Below are positions 1-7,737 of a stretch of DNA of 20,000 nucleotides, piece by piece. Origin of the DNA: an uncultured virus (IMG/VR IMGVR_UViG_3300009164_000062) (lineage: Duplodnaviria > Heunggongvirae > Uroviricota > Caudoviricetes). The first letter of the stretch is position 1; every line of letters begins with the position of its first letter. The notes below the pieces were generated by a model. That model had not been told where the DNA came from, made no database searches, and saw only the letters and a list, made by a program, of their open reading frames with translations. Both the position numbers and the translations under genes were made by a program. Where the stretch lies: IMG/VR virus record IMGVR_UViG_3300009164_000062; one strand, given 5' to 3'.

Positions 1-195
1 AAAAATATTATGGACACATTAACTAGTCACAATGTAGTCCCTGCATTGAGTTGTGGAATGAATGCAACATTAATACCACAAGTTACCGATAAGTTTGGTG
101 TTGATTACTTAGCGAATGTAGGCGGGGCATGTCACACACATCCTGATGGAATTAAGGCTGCTGTACGGGAATTACGAAATGCCATCGACAGATAA
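1..195 (+). CDS. C-terminal fragment of a RuBisCO large-subunit-like protein (probably form IV/RLP), truncated by the window edge
   Basis: Frame is open from base 1 (KNIMDTL...). PALSCGM and ANVGGACHTHPDGIKAAVRELR match the RuBisCO/RLP C-terminal motifs P-x-x-S-G-G and GGG-x-x-x-HP-x-G-x-x-A. Confidence 0.7.
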   Translation, partial: KNIMDTLTSHNVVPALSCGMNATLIPQVTDKFGVDYLANVGGACHTHPDGIKAAVRELRNAIDR

Positions 196-1132
196 CATCA
201 CAATACTTAAAGGCGGTTCTTTAAATTCAACATGTCTACATGAAAACTCTATGGGTAAGTTTGTTAGAAAAAAAATAGCTACAGATAAGAATAGAGAATA
301 TGGATATGTTCGATGGTATAGTCAGCTAAAGAAATTACAACGTTATAATAGTATGTTTCCTGGATTTGTTCCAAAGGTCTTGGATGCAGGAGTTAATGAT
401 AATGAAGCATACTTTGATATTGAATATATTGATGGTATAGATATTAAAACTTTGTTTAAGAATAATCTAATAGATGATGTAGAAAAGTTGAATCAATCAT
501 TATGGGAAGCGTTTGACTTGATACATCATAGGTCATATAGTCCACTGCGTAGTTCTCTTATGCTTTACTTTATGGAAGAAGTAGAACAGAAACTACATGA
601 TGCACTAGAGTTCCCAGAGTTCAGAGACTTTTACATGATGGATGTATATGAGTATAGGGGTGAAACATTTAGGGGCATGATCGGACAGCACGATAAGTTC
701 AAAAAACTATTCAATAGAGATATTACTAGTGAAGGCTATGTCCACGGCAATCCCACACTTGAAAACATACTATACAATACTGATACAAACAAAATAACCT
801 TTATTGATTTATATGAAGAAGGGATAGTTGATAGTAGATATTCAGATTATAGTCAGGTGTTACAATGCAGTAATAGTCACTATGGATTGATAAATGATTC
901 AATAGTAACAATTAATGATAATCAGATTATGTCCAATTATATTATACCAAATAAATTAGCAGAGTTCAATTCGTTGTTTATAGAAAATATTGAAGATAAC
1001 ACATCGTTGGTAATGCTATTTGAGGCTACCCAATATTTTAGAATGTTACCGTTTAAGTGTCATAGTGGTAACATATCTCACGCTAAGTTTTTTTATGGGT
1101 ATGGATGCTATCTAGTAAATAAATTACTATGA
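179..1132 (+). CDS. APH/choline-kinase-like phosphotransferase
   Basis: Gly-rich N-terminal loop (LKGGSLN), VRK, IEYIDG hinge, HGNPTLENILY and FIDLY motifs. ATG 179 overlapping the upstream gene end is preferred over 146. Confidence 0.7.
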   Translation: MPSTDNITILKGGSLNSTCLHENSMGKFVRKKIATDKNREYGYVRWYSQLKKLQRYNSMFPGFVPKVLDAGVNDNEAYFDIEYIDGIDIKTLFKNNLIDDVEKLNQSLWEAFDLIHHRSYSPLRSSLMLYFMEEVEQKLHDALEFPEFRDFYMMDVYEYRGETFRGMIGQHDKFKKLFNRDITSEGYVHGNPTLENILYNTDTNKITFIDLYEEGIVDSRYSDYSQVLQCSNSHYGLINDSIVTINDNQIMSNYIIPNKLAEFNSLFIENIEDNTSLVMLFEATQYFRMLPFKCHSGNISHAKFFYGYGCYLVNKLL

Positions 1133-2220
1133 TATGTAACATAAAAACATCACTCTTGATTGAATTTGAAATCCGTAAAGCTGTCAATGTATTATCGTTA
1201 TCCGAGGTTACTAGTAAAAGAAAAATTGTTATAATTGACAGAAATGTTTATGAGTTATATTCCGATCAACTATTTGATGACGTAGATTCGTTGTTATTTA
1301 TAGACTCGTCCGAAGAAAACAAAGATTGGGCAAATGCGGAAATGGTACTAACCTTCTTAGAAGAAAATAAAATATTACGTAGGTCAGAACCAGTCATAGC
1401 AATAGGTGGCGGAGTCTTATTAGACTTAGTAGGATTTTGCTGTAGTATATATCGTAGGGGTATTCCTTACATTCGTATACCCACGACATTACTAGCAATC
1501 GTTGACGCTAGTGTGGGAGCAAAAACAAGCATAAATCATTTTAATAGAAGAAATCGTTTGGGTAGTTTTTATCCACCACAACTAACATTGATTGACACTA
1601 CGTTTATCAAAACACAATCCGATAGAGAAATATCTAATGGCTTTGCAGAGATATTGAAATTAGCAATCGTGTTAGATAGTAAGTTGTTTGAATTAATAGA
1701 AACAGATTCAGATAAGTTACTACAGTGCAAATTTCAAAATACCACACATTCAACTGAAATAATTGAACGGGCAATTGCAGGTATGACCAAAGAACTTAAT
1801 GATAATTTGTGGGAGCAAGAATTAGAAAGACCAGTAGATTTTGGTCATTCATTCAGTCCTCTAATTGAAATGAAGAACCTACCTAATCTACTTCACGGAG
1901 AAGCAGTTATACTAGATTGTTTATTAAGTTGCTGTATATCAACTGTTAGAAACCTTCTTTCAGCGGATGAGTTAACTAGAATATTTAATTTGACTAGAAA
2001 AATGAATCTACCTGTAACTCATACTGATTTTTTAAATAGCACATTATTGTTAGAAGGCTTGTCTGATGTAATGAAGCACAGAAACGGAAATCAATACTTA
2101 CCTATACCAGCATCTATTGGACAGTGTAAAATCATCAATGACCTAACACCTACTGAATTAGAATCAGCAATACAACTAATGAGATTATATGAAAAAGACC
2201 ATATTGATTACTGGCACTAG
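1129..2220 (+). CDS. Sedoheptulose-7-phosphate cyclase (DHQS superfamily), 2-epi-5-epi-valiolone synthase (EEVS)-like
   Basis: IGGGVLLD, YRRGIPYIRIPTTLLAIVDASVGAK, ELNDNLWE, RPVDFGHSFSP and LLHGEAV. NLWE and DFGHSFSP resemble EEVS rather than AroB (LNxGHT) or DDGS (NLHE, AYGHTWSP). ATGA overlap with the upstream gene. Confidence 0.82.
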   Translation: MICNIKTSLLIEFEIRKAVNVLSLSEVTSKRKIVIIDRNVYELYSDQLFDDVDSLLFIDSSEENKDWANAEMVLTFLEENKILRRSEPVIAIGGGVLLDLVGFCCSIYRRGIPYIRIPTTLLAIVDASVGAKTSINHFNRRNRLGSFYPPQLTLIDTTFIKTQSDREISNGFAEILKLAIVLDSKLFELIETDSDKLLQCKFQNTTHSTEIIERAIAGMTKELNDNLWEQELERPVDFGHSFSPLIEMKNLPNLLHGEAVILDCLLSCCISTVRNLLSADELTRIFNLTRKMNLPVTHTDFLNSTLLLEGLSDVMKHRNGNQYLPIPASIGQCKIINDLTPTELESAIQLMRLYEKDHIDYWH

Positions 2221-2854
2221 TAGTGGTCTAGGTTTAGCTCTGGCAAAACACTATAGCAAGAATCACAATGTTATTGGATTAAGTAGAACCAATGTAGAAA
2301 TGCCTAATTATACTCATCATATTTGTGATATTAGTAACTTTGATAACGTATCTAAAACATTTTATTCCATCGGTGATAGTGAAATTGATTTACTGATTAA
2401 TAATGCAGGGGTATTTGATATGGTCAAGTTTACTCAAACATCTATCCATACTATTGACCGTGTTATTAATACTAACCTGTCAGGTGCCATGTATGTAACC
2501 AGATTAGCATTAGAGTCAATGCCAGATCATAGTAAAATAGTCTTTATCAATAGTGTAGCAGGATTAGAAGAATTAGAGAATCAAAGTATATATTGTGCTA
2601 GTAAGTATGGTCTAACTGCATTTGCTGGAATACTTGGTAAAGAACTAAGAGACAGACATATCAAAGTCTCTAGCATACACCCCGGTGGGATTAATACTCC
2701 ATTATGGGATAATACCCCATACCCGTTAGGAGATGCTACTAATGCAATGGATCCAAATTCTATAATAGAAATTATCGACCTAATTGTAAACAGTAAATAT
2801 GATATTGATTACAAAACTGTCAAAATGTTTCCGTCTATTGAATGGCATAACTGA
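2189..2854 (+). CDS. Classical short-chain dehydrogenase/reductase (SDR)
   Basis: TGTSSGLG cofactor motif, NNAG, catalytic S...YCASK, IHPGGINT. Confidence 0.93.
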   Translation: MKKTILITGTSSGLGLALAKHYSKNHNVIGLSRTNVEMPNYTHHICDISNFDNVSKTFYSIGDSEIDLLINNAGVFDMVKFTQTSIHTIDRVINTNLSGAMYVTRLALESMPDHSKIVFINSVAGLEELENQSIYCASKYGLTAFAGILGKELRDRHIKVSSIHPGGINTPLWDNTPYPLGDATNAMDPNSIIEIIDLIVNSKYDIDYKTVKMFPSIEWHN

Positions 2855-2864
2855 AAGATAAACT

Positions 2865-2981
2865 ATGAGAAACTTATTTCAAACACTATATTATAATACA
2901 ATTGGAAAATTAGTTAGAGAATACAAATATCGTAAACGACTTAAAGAGTTGAAGAAACGAGATCCATTTATCTATAAGTGA
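2865..2981 (+). CDS. Small basic protein, 38 aa (MRNLFQTLYYNTIGKLVREYKYRKRLKELKKRDPFIYK), not in the ORF track
   Basis: ATG 2865 to TGA 2979-2981 fills the gap between the SDR and the carbamoyltransferase. Its stop overlaps the next GTG (GTGA). Confidence 0.7.
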   Translation: MRNLFQTLYYNTIGKLVREYKYRKRLKELKKRDPFIYK

Positions 2982-4474
2982 CAATGAAAAATACAAATTA
3001 CATAGGAATATCCGCTGGATTCCATGATGCATCTTTAGCTGTAATCAAAGACGGCGACATATTATTTGCGGGTCATAATGAACGATATAGCGGGATAAAA
3101 AATGATAAAGATATAGGCTCTGCAATAGTCAAAGATGCATTGCAATATGTTCAAGGTGACTATGAGTTACATTACTATGAACGTCCTTGGTTAAAGTACT
3201 TGAGACAATTACGCTCAGGGGAAAATCCAAATTTAAACACATTATTTCCTAGCAGATACTTAGCTCAAGGTGCTTACAAGAGCCTAGGTAAAAAGAAAAT
3301 ACATACTCATGGTCATCATCTTTGCCATGCGGCTGCTGGGTTTCAAACAAGTAATTTTACAGAAGCCACAGTATTGATAATTGATGCCATTGGGGAGTTT
3401 GACACTATAAGCGTCTGGGATGCTAGATACGATAACAATCATAAAGCTGTGTATAAAAAAATATACAGTAAAAAATACCCTGACAGTTTAGGTTTATTTT
3501 ACAGTTCGTTAACAGATAGGATTGGATTAAAACCAAACGAAGAAGAATACATTACAATGGGTATGGCAGCATATGGTGATAGTAAATACTATCCACAGAT
3601 GCATATGGATCTGCTATCCGATAGTTACAACATAGATTTTAAAGACAATTTACATTTGGGATTTCCGGGTGAATATTTACCAGATGCTAGTAATGAAGAT
3701 TTAGCCGCCAGTGGACAATTACTATTAGAAGTCTTATTAAAAAATATATTACAACGTGCAAAAATTAACGGTTGTAGTAAGAATCTAGTATACGGCGGCG
3801 GTGTAGCACTAAACTGTTTAGCAAATAGATTTCTAGGAGAATACTTTGATAATATATGGATTATGCCTAGCCCCGGTGATAGTGGTAGTAGCCTTGGTGC
3901 TGCCGCTCTGGCTTTTGGGGGTAGAGTTAACTGGACCAATTCTTATCTCGGGTATGATATTCCTGGCCCTTATCCCGTTAATCAGTTATTGGATAGGCTA
4001 CTTACTGAACAAATTGTGGGAGTTGCCTCAGGACGAGCCGAGTTCGGCCCCCGCGCACTCGGAAACCGTAGCCTCCTTGCAGACCCTAGAGGCAGCAAGA
4101 TTAAGGAGAAAGTAAATGAAATTAAACGAAGACAGAAGTTCAGACCCTTTGCGCCAGTCATTCTGGAAGAGTATGTTCATAATTATTTTAACATGCCTGT
4201 CAATTGGCGTGATAGTCAGTATATGCAAGTCATCAGTACTTGTAGGTATCCTGACTTATATCCTGCTATCGTCCATGTTGACGGCACTAGTCGTGTCCAA
4301 ACTGTCCCGAATGATGGTAGCGGAATCAGAGAACTCCTTGAAAAATGGTATGTCTTAACTGGTTGTCCTATGTTGCTTAACACATCACTAAACATTAGGG
4401 GTGAGCCAATGGTTAATACTAGATTAGATGCAGATAGATTTGAAATGCATTATGGTATAAAGGTTCTTTCGTGA
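2978..4474 (+). CDS. Carbamoyltransferase, CmcH/NodU/TobZ family
   Basis: HDAS, HHLCHAA, IDAIGE, MGMAAYG, GGVALNC, EFGPRALGNRSLLADP, RPFAP, HVDGTSRVQTV, LLNTSLN. The start could be ATG 2984. Confidence 0.95.
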   Translation: MTMKNTNYIGISAGFHDASLAVIKDGDILFAGHNERYSGIKNDKDIGSAIVKDALQYVQGDYELHYYERPWLKYLRQLRSGENPNLNTLFPSRYLAQGAYKSLGKKKIHTHGHHLCHAAAGFQTSNFTEATVLIIDAIGEFDTISVWDARYDNNHKAVYKKIYSKKYPDSLGLFYSSLTDRIGLKPNEEEYITMGMAAYGDSKYYPQMHMDLLSDSYNIDFKDNLHLGFPGEYLPDASNEDLAASGQLLLEVLLKNILQRAKINGCSKNLVYGGGVALNCLANRFLGEYFDNIWIMPSPGDSGSSLGAAALAFGGRVNWTNSYLGYDIPGPYPVNQLLDRLLTEQIVGVASGRAEFGPRALGNRSLLADPRGSKIKEKVNEIKRRQKFRPFAPVILEEYVHNYFNMPVNWRDSQYMQVISTCRYPDLYPAIVHVDGTSRVQTVPNDGSGIRELLEKWYVLTGCPMLLNTSLNIRGEPMVNTRLDADRFEMHYGIKVLS

Positions 4475-7008
4475 TTGATTCGTCAGAATTAGATAGAAGG
4501 GAACAATTATGGTCAAGTGGTTATTGGGATATCCCTGAAAACATTGATACTAGTAATTTTGATTTTGATTGGAGACCATTCAAGTATGACAGACCATACA
4601 TACATCAGTTTGGTACACAACATCAAAAGACAGGTGGACCAAGATTTGTAATACCAAAAAACGAAGGTATAAAATATCAAACAAGCCAACATGCAATAAG
4701 ATTACCTACGCCAGACTTAAGAAATTGGAGACCACTAATAGCAAACGTAGAGTTTGATTATAGCTGGCATCCTGATGAAACAGAACCGCCTTTCGTGTAT
4801 GTATTTGGAAATCAATGGTATGACTCAGTTACAATGCCAACTATGCAGTACAAAATTTCAGGTGCAACTGAAAAAAAATATATTGATACAATTAAAGCCA
4901 CATTAACACCTGATAAAACTAATTGGATTATTCCAGATGATATAGAAGATGATTTTGATTATAGTTGGGTACCGAGTCCTACAGAGCCACCACTAATCTG
5001 GGAATTCGGAACACAACATCAAAAGACAGGTGGTCCTAGTTATGTTGCAAAAAACGGAGTTCATACTAAGTACTCATCGGCACTAATTGCTACTAAGAAA
5101 GACAATAAAGAAGATAGATGCTGGAGACCTTTATTACCTAACATTGATTTTGATTTTAGTTGGCATCCAGATAAAAATGATCCGCCCTACATATATGTGT
5201 TTGGCAATCAATGGTATGATAGTCTAACAATGCCTACGTTACTGTATCGTGTAAAGGGTGCTACTGAAAAGAAGTATATGACTGATATCAAAGTCACATT
5301 AACTCCTAATAAATCTATGTGGACTATACCAGATGACATAGAAGATGACTTTGATTATAGCTGGCTACCGCACCCAGACGAACCAGCATATATATGGCAG
5401 TTTGGAACACAATGGCAAAAAAATGGCGGCCCCAAATACAATGCGCCTAACGCAACTGTAATAAAACATTTTGATTTGCTCAGAGCAACTAAAAAAAATA
5501 ATAAAGATAATCGTGCATATAGACCAGTGGTCTCAAATGTAGAGTTTGATTATAGCTGGCATCCTGATGAAGACGAACCTCCTTACATATATGTATTTGG
5601 AAATCAATGGCATAACTCAGAAGATATGCCTACTATTTTGTATCGTGTCAAGGGTGCAATTGAAAAGAAATATATTAACGATATAAAAGCTACATTAACA
5701 CCTGATAAAGAAAATTGGGAAATACCTGAAGATATCGAAGACTCTAATTTTGACTATAGCTGGTGCCCAAAGCCAACTGAACCTCCTACTATATTTGTTT
5801 TTGGAACACAACATCAACGTACAGGCGGACCAACTTATCGTTTTAGAAATGGGACAGATAAAAAATATATTAATACAATGAGAGTTACAAAGAAACCTAA
5901 TATTCGCAATTGGCGTTTCATTGAGGTAATTGATAGAGATACATTTGACTTTAGTTGGCACCCCGAGGAACTAGAAGAAAAATTTAATCACATTGTTGGT
6001 ACTAAATTTCATACACCTGAAATAATGCCTGCAATCATGTACCGAGGTCATGATAACGCAACAGAAAACAAATATATTGATAAAGTGCAAGCTGATTTAA
6101 AGATAGATAAAATCGTTTATGAGGATAGCATATTTGATGCATGTATGGAGAATAAGTTTACAACAGCATACATGCATTTTGTAAAGGGTACAAGTAATTA
6201 TAATCACAACCTAATTAAAGCAGATAAAATCAGTGTGCATTTATTCCCAAGTGAAGCTATTATACCTAAAGCAGCCGTGACTTTCTTTTATGATAAGATT
6301 ACTGACTATGACTATGTTATTGAACACAAGTTTGAAGAAACAGTTGAACCACTGGATATTATATTCTTTAGTAATGGTGAGGCATGTGCGGATGCTAATT
6401 ATGAACATTTACTGTCACTTAATTTACCTAATAGGATCGTGCGAATTGATGGTGTTAAAGGTCGTGTAGCAAGTCAACATGCGGCAGCAAATGCTAGTAA
6501 TACCCCGTGGTATTTCTTAGTCAATGCTAAATTGAAAGTAAGAGATGATTTTGACTTCAATTGGCAACCCAACATATATAAATCACGCAGACATTATATA
6601 TTCAGAGCAACTAATCCTGTAAACGGGTTAGTTTACGGACATCAAGCTATTGTCGCTAACAATAAAAAATTAACATTGAATACTGTAGTACGCGGGTTAG
6701 ACTTTACTATGGATAGCACAACTGAAGTAGTAGATATTGATTCTGGTATAGCTATGTATAATACTAACGAATGGGATACTTGGAGAACAGCGTTCCGTGA
6801 ATGTATTAAGTTGTCACATGCTACCGACAATGACAGTAAGTTTAGATTAAGTATTTGGCTTACAAAAGGTGACGGAAAGTTCGGAGAGCAGTCCGTCAAC
6901 GGTGCAGAAGATGCGGTTAAATACTACAAAGAAGTTGGCGGGGATTTTAATAAACTTATGTTGACTTATGATTGGGAATGGTTGCGTATACGTTTTGACC
7001 AAAAATAA
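4471..7008 (+). CDS. Large protein with about 8 N-terminal FDYSW-type repeats and a C-terminal glycosyltransferase-like (GT-A-like) domain
   Basis: Alternating repeats visible in the translation. The C-terminal DIIFFSNGE...RIDGVKG...TPWYFLVNAK...TWRTAFRE segment resembles GT-A-like phage proteins. GTGA overlap with the upstream gene. Confidence 0.6.
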   Translation: MIDSSELDRREQLWSSGYWDIPENIDTSNFDFDWRPFKYDRPYIHQFGTQHQKTGGPRFVIPKNEGIKYQTSQHAIRLPTPDLRNWRPLIANVEFDYSWHPDETEPPFVYVFGNQWYDSVTMPTMQYKISGATEKKYIDTIKATLTPDKTNWIIPDDIEDDFDYSWVPSPTEPPLIWEFGTQHQKTGGPSYVAKNGVHTKYSSALIATKKDNKEDRCWRPLLPNIDFDFSWHPDKNDPPYIYVFGNQWYDSLTMPTLLYRVKGATEKKYMTDIKVTLTPNKSMWTIPDDIEDDFDYSWLPHPDEPAYIWQFGTQWQKNGGPKYNAPNATVIKHFDLLRATKKNNKDNRAYRPVVSNVEFDYSWHPDEDEPPYIYVFGNQWHNSEDMPTILYRVKGAIEKKYINDIKATLTPDKENWEIPEDIEDSNFDYSWCPKPTEPPTIFVFGTQHQRTGGPTYRFRNGTDKKYINTMRVTKKPNIRNWRFIEVIDRDTFDFSWHPEELEEKFNHIVGTKFHTPEIMPAIMYRGHDNATENKYIDKVQADLKIDKIVYEDSIFDACMENKFTTAYMHFVKGTSNYNHNLIKADKISVHLFPSEAIIPKAAVTFFYDKITDYDYVIEHKFEETVEPLDIIFFSNGEACADANYEHLLSLNLPNRIVRIDGVKGRVASQHAAANASNTPWYFLVNAKLKVRDDFDFNWQPNIYKSRRHYIFRATNPVNGLVYGHQAIVANNKKLTLNTVVRGLDFTMDSTTEVVDIDSGIAMYNTNEWDTWRTAFRECIKLSHATDNDSKFRLSIWLTKGDGKFGEQSVNGAEDAVKYYKEVGGDFNKLMLTYDWEWLRIRFDQK
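4525..6060 (+). repeat. Intragenic tandem repeat: about 4 copies of a ~130-aa unit, each made of two ~65-aa sub-repeats
   Basis: A-type W-x-IP-x-DI...FD[YF][SD]W...FGTQ[HW]Q[KR][TN]GGP occurs 4 times. B-type [WY]RP...FD[YF]SWHP...YVFGNQW occurs 3 times plus one degenerate copy. DNA repeats such as gtagagtttgattatagctggcatcctgatgaa lie near 4748 and 5539. Confidence 0.9.
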
Positions 7009-7037
7009 TTGTCCTTAGCTAAATAATGTAGTATACT
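7009..7037 (+). promoter_or_regulatory. Sigma70-like promoter
   Basis: TTGTCC-N17-TATACT followed by AAGGAG and ATG 7050. Confidence 0.5.
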
Positions 7038-7049
7038 AAGGAGACTATC

Positions 7050-7136
7050 ATGAGTTGGATATTATTGATATTGGGATCAGTGTTTTTGTATTATATGGTA
7101 GTCTGCAAAGATGCTATTGAAAAGATAGATGACTAA
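7050..7136 (+). CDS. Small membrane peptide, 28 aa (MSWILLILGSVFLYYMVVCKDAIEKIDD)
   Basis: Strong AAGGAG RBS upstream, and one hydrophobic helix followed by an acidic tail. Confidence 0.55.
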   Translation: MSWILLILGSVFLYYMVVCKDAIEKIDD

Positions 7137-7138
7137 TT

Positions 7139-7288
7139 ATGAAGCTAATACGTTACAGAGATGCGGGTATGGTTACATATACTTGGTTTTATGTAAACGA
7201 AAAGCAACAATGTATTAGTCCGTTTTTTGACAGCGAAGAGGAAGCTAGAGATTGGTTAGATTCAGTCTTTGACAAATCAAAAGAGTAA
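7139..7288 (+). CDS. Hypothetical protein, 49 aa (MKLIRYRDAG...SPFFDSEEEARDWLDSVFDKSKE)
   Basis: Starts 2 nt after the previous stop and ends immediately before the tmRNA acceptor piece. Confidence 0.6.
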   Translation: MKLIRYRDAGMVTYTWFYVNEKQQCISPFFDSEEEARDWLDSVFDKSKE

Positions 7289-7355
7289 GTTATTGCTGTA
7301 TGAAGCAAAGAGAAAAGTGTTCTGGACGGGGGTGCGAATCCCCCCAGGTCCACCA
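7289..7355 (+). ncRNA. ssrA: Permuted tmRNA, acceptor piece (normal 3' part, ending in CCA)
   Basis: GAC variable loop, T-arm GGGGG-TGCGAAT-CCCCC (7328-7344), acceptor 3' strand CAGGTCC (7345-7351), discriminator A and CCA (7353-7355). The 5' boundary is approximate. Confidence 0.9.
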
Positions 7356-7367
7356 TAAGGAAGTTTG

Positions 7368-7736
7368 ATGCGTATTAATGAGATTGCCGGTGCAAAACTA
7401 AGTTTCAATACAACAAAAGGTAGTAATACCATTGGTGTTGAAATGAACGTTGGCGGGCAATATGCAGGAACGTTTCAATACGATGCAGATAGTGGAAGAA
7501 GTTTAGTAGAGTTAGATCCAACCCTTCAAGGCAAGGGATTAGGTAAAATTCTAATACTAAAAGGAATCTATACTGCCATCATGTCAGGATTAGACTATGT
7601 AGAAGATGAGTCACGCACCCAAGCATTTGACAATGCTATGGATAGTTTGGCAGACTCGGGATACATAGTCAACGATGATGAGTATTGGTATGTTACCGGT
7701 GACGGTGAGCAGTATGTCAAACAAGTTTCTTTATGA
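7368..7736 (+). CDS. GNAT-fold (acetyltransferase-like) protein encoded inside the tmRNA intervening segment
   Basis: 122-aa ORF with AAGGA RBS at 7357-7361. VELDPTLQGKGLGKIL matches the GNAT acetyl-CoA motif A (Q/R-x-x-G-x-G). Confidence 0.62.
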   Translation: MRINEIAGAKLSFNTTKGSNTIGVEMNVGGQYAGTFQYDADSGRSLVELDPTLQGKGLGKILILKGIYTAIMSGLDYVEDESRTQAFDNAMDSLADSGYIVNDDEYWYVTGDGEQYVKQVSL

Positions 7737-7737
7737 T

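Noticed and set aside
1129..2220. Ordinary aroB (3-dehydroquinate synthase)
   Set aside because: The NLWE and DFGHSFSP motifs fit sedoheptulose-7-phosphate cyclases better, and no other shikimate genes are nearby.
4525..6060. CRISPR array or DGR template/variable repeat
   Set aside because: The repeats are long, degenerate, in-frame protein repeats with many synonymous differences. There are no identical short repeats with spacers, no adenine-specific mismatch pattern noticed, and no reverse transcriptase in the window.
7318..7355. Stand-alone tRNA, or attP/att remnant of a tRNA 3' end
   Set aside because: There is no D or anticodon arm upstream. The complementary acceptor strand and a tag frame lie downstream, which fits a permuted tmRNA. 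No duplicated att core or integrase is seen in the window.
7356..7737. Group I/II intron or homing endonuclease inside the tmRNA
   Set aside because: The segment lies between the mature 3' and 5' ends, not inside the RNA. The ORF occupies nearly all of it, leaving no room for a ribozyme core, and there are no LAGLIDADG, HNH or GIY-YIG motifs.
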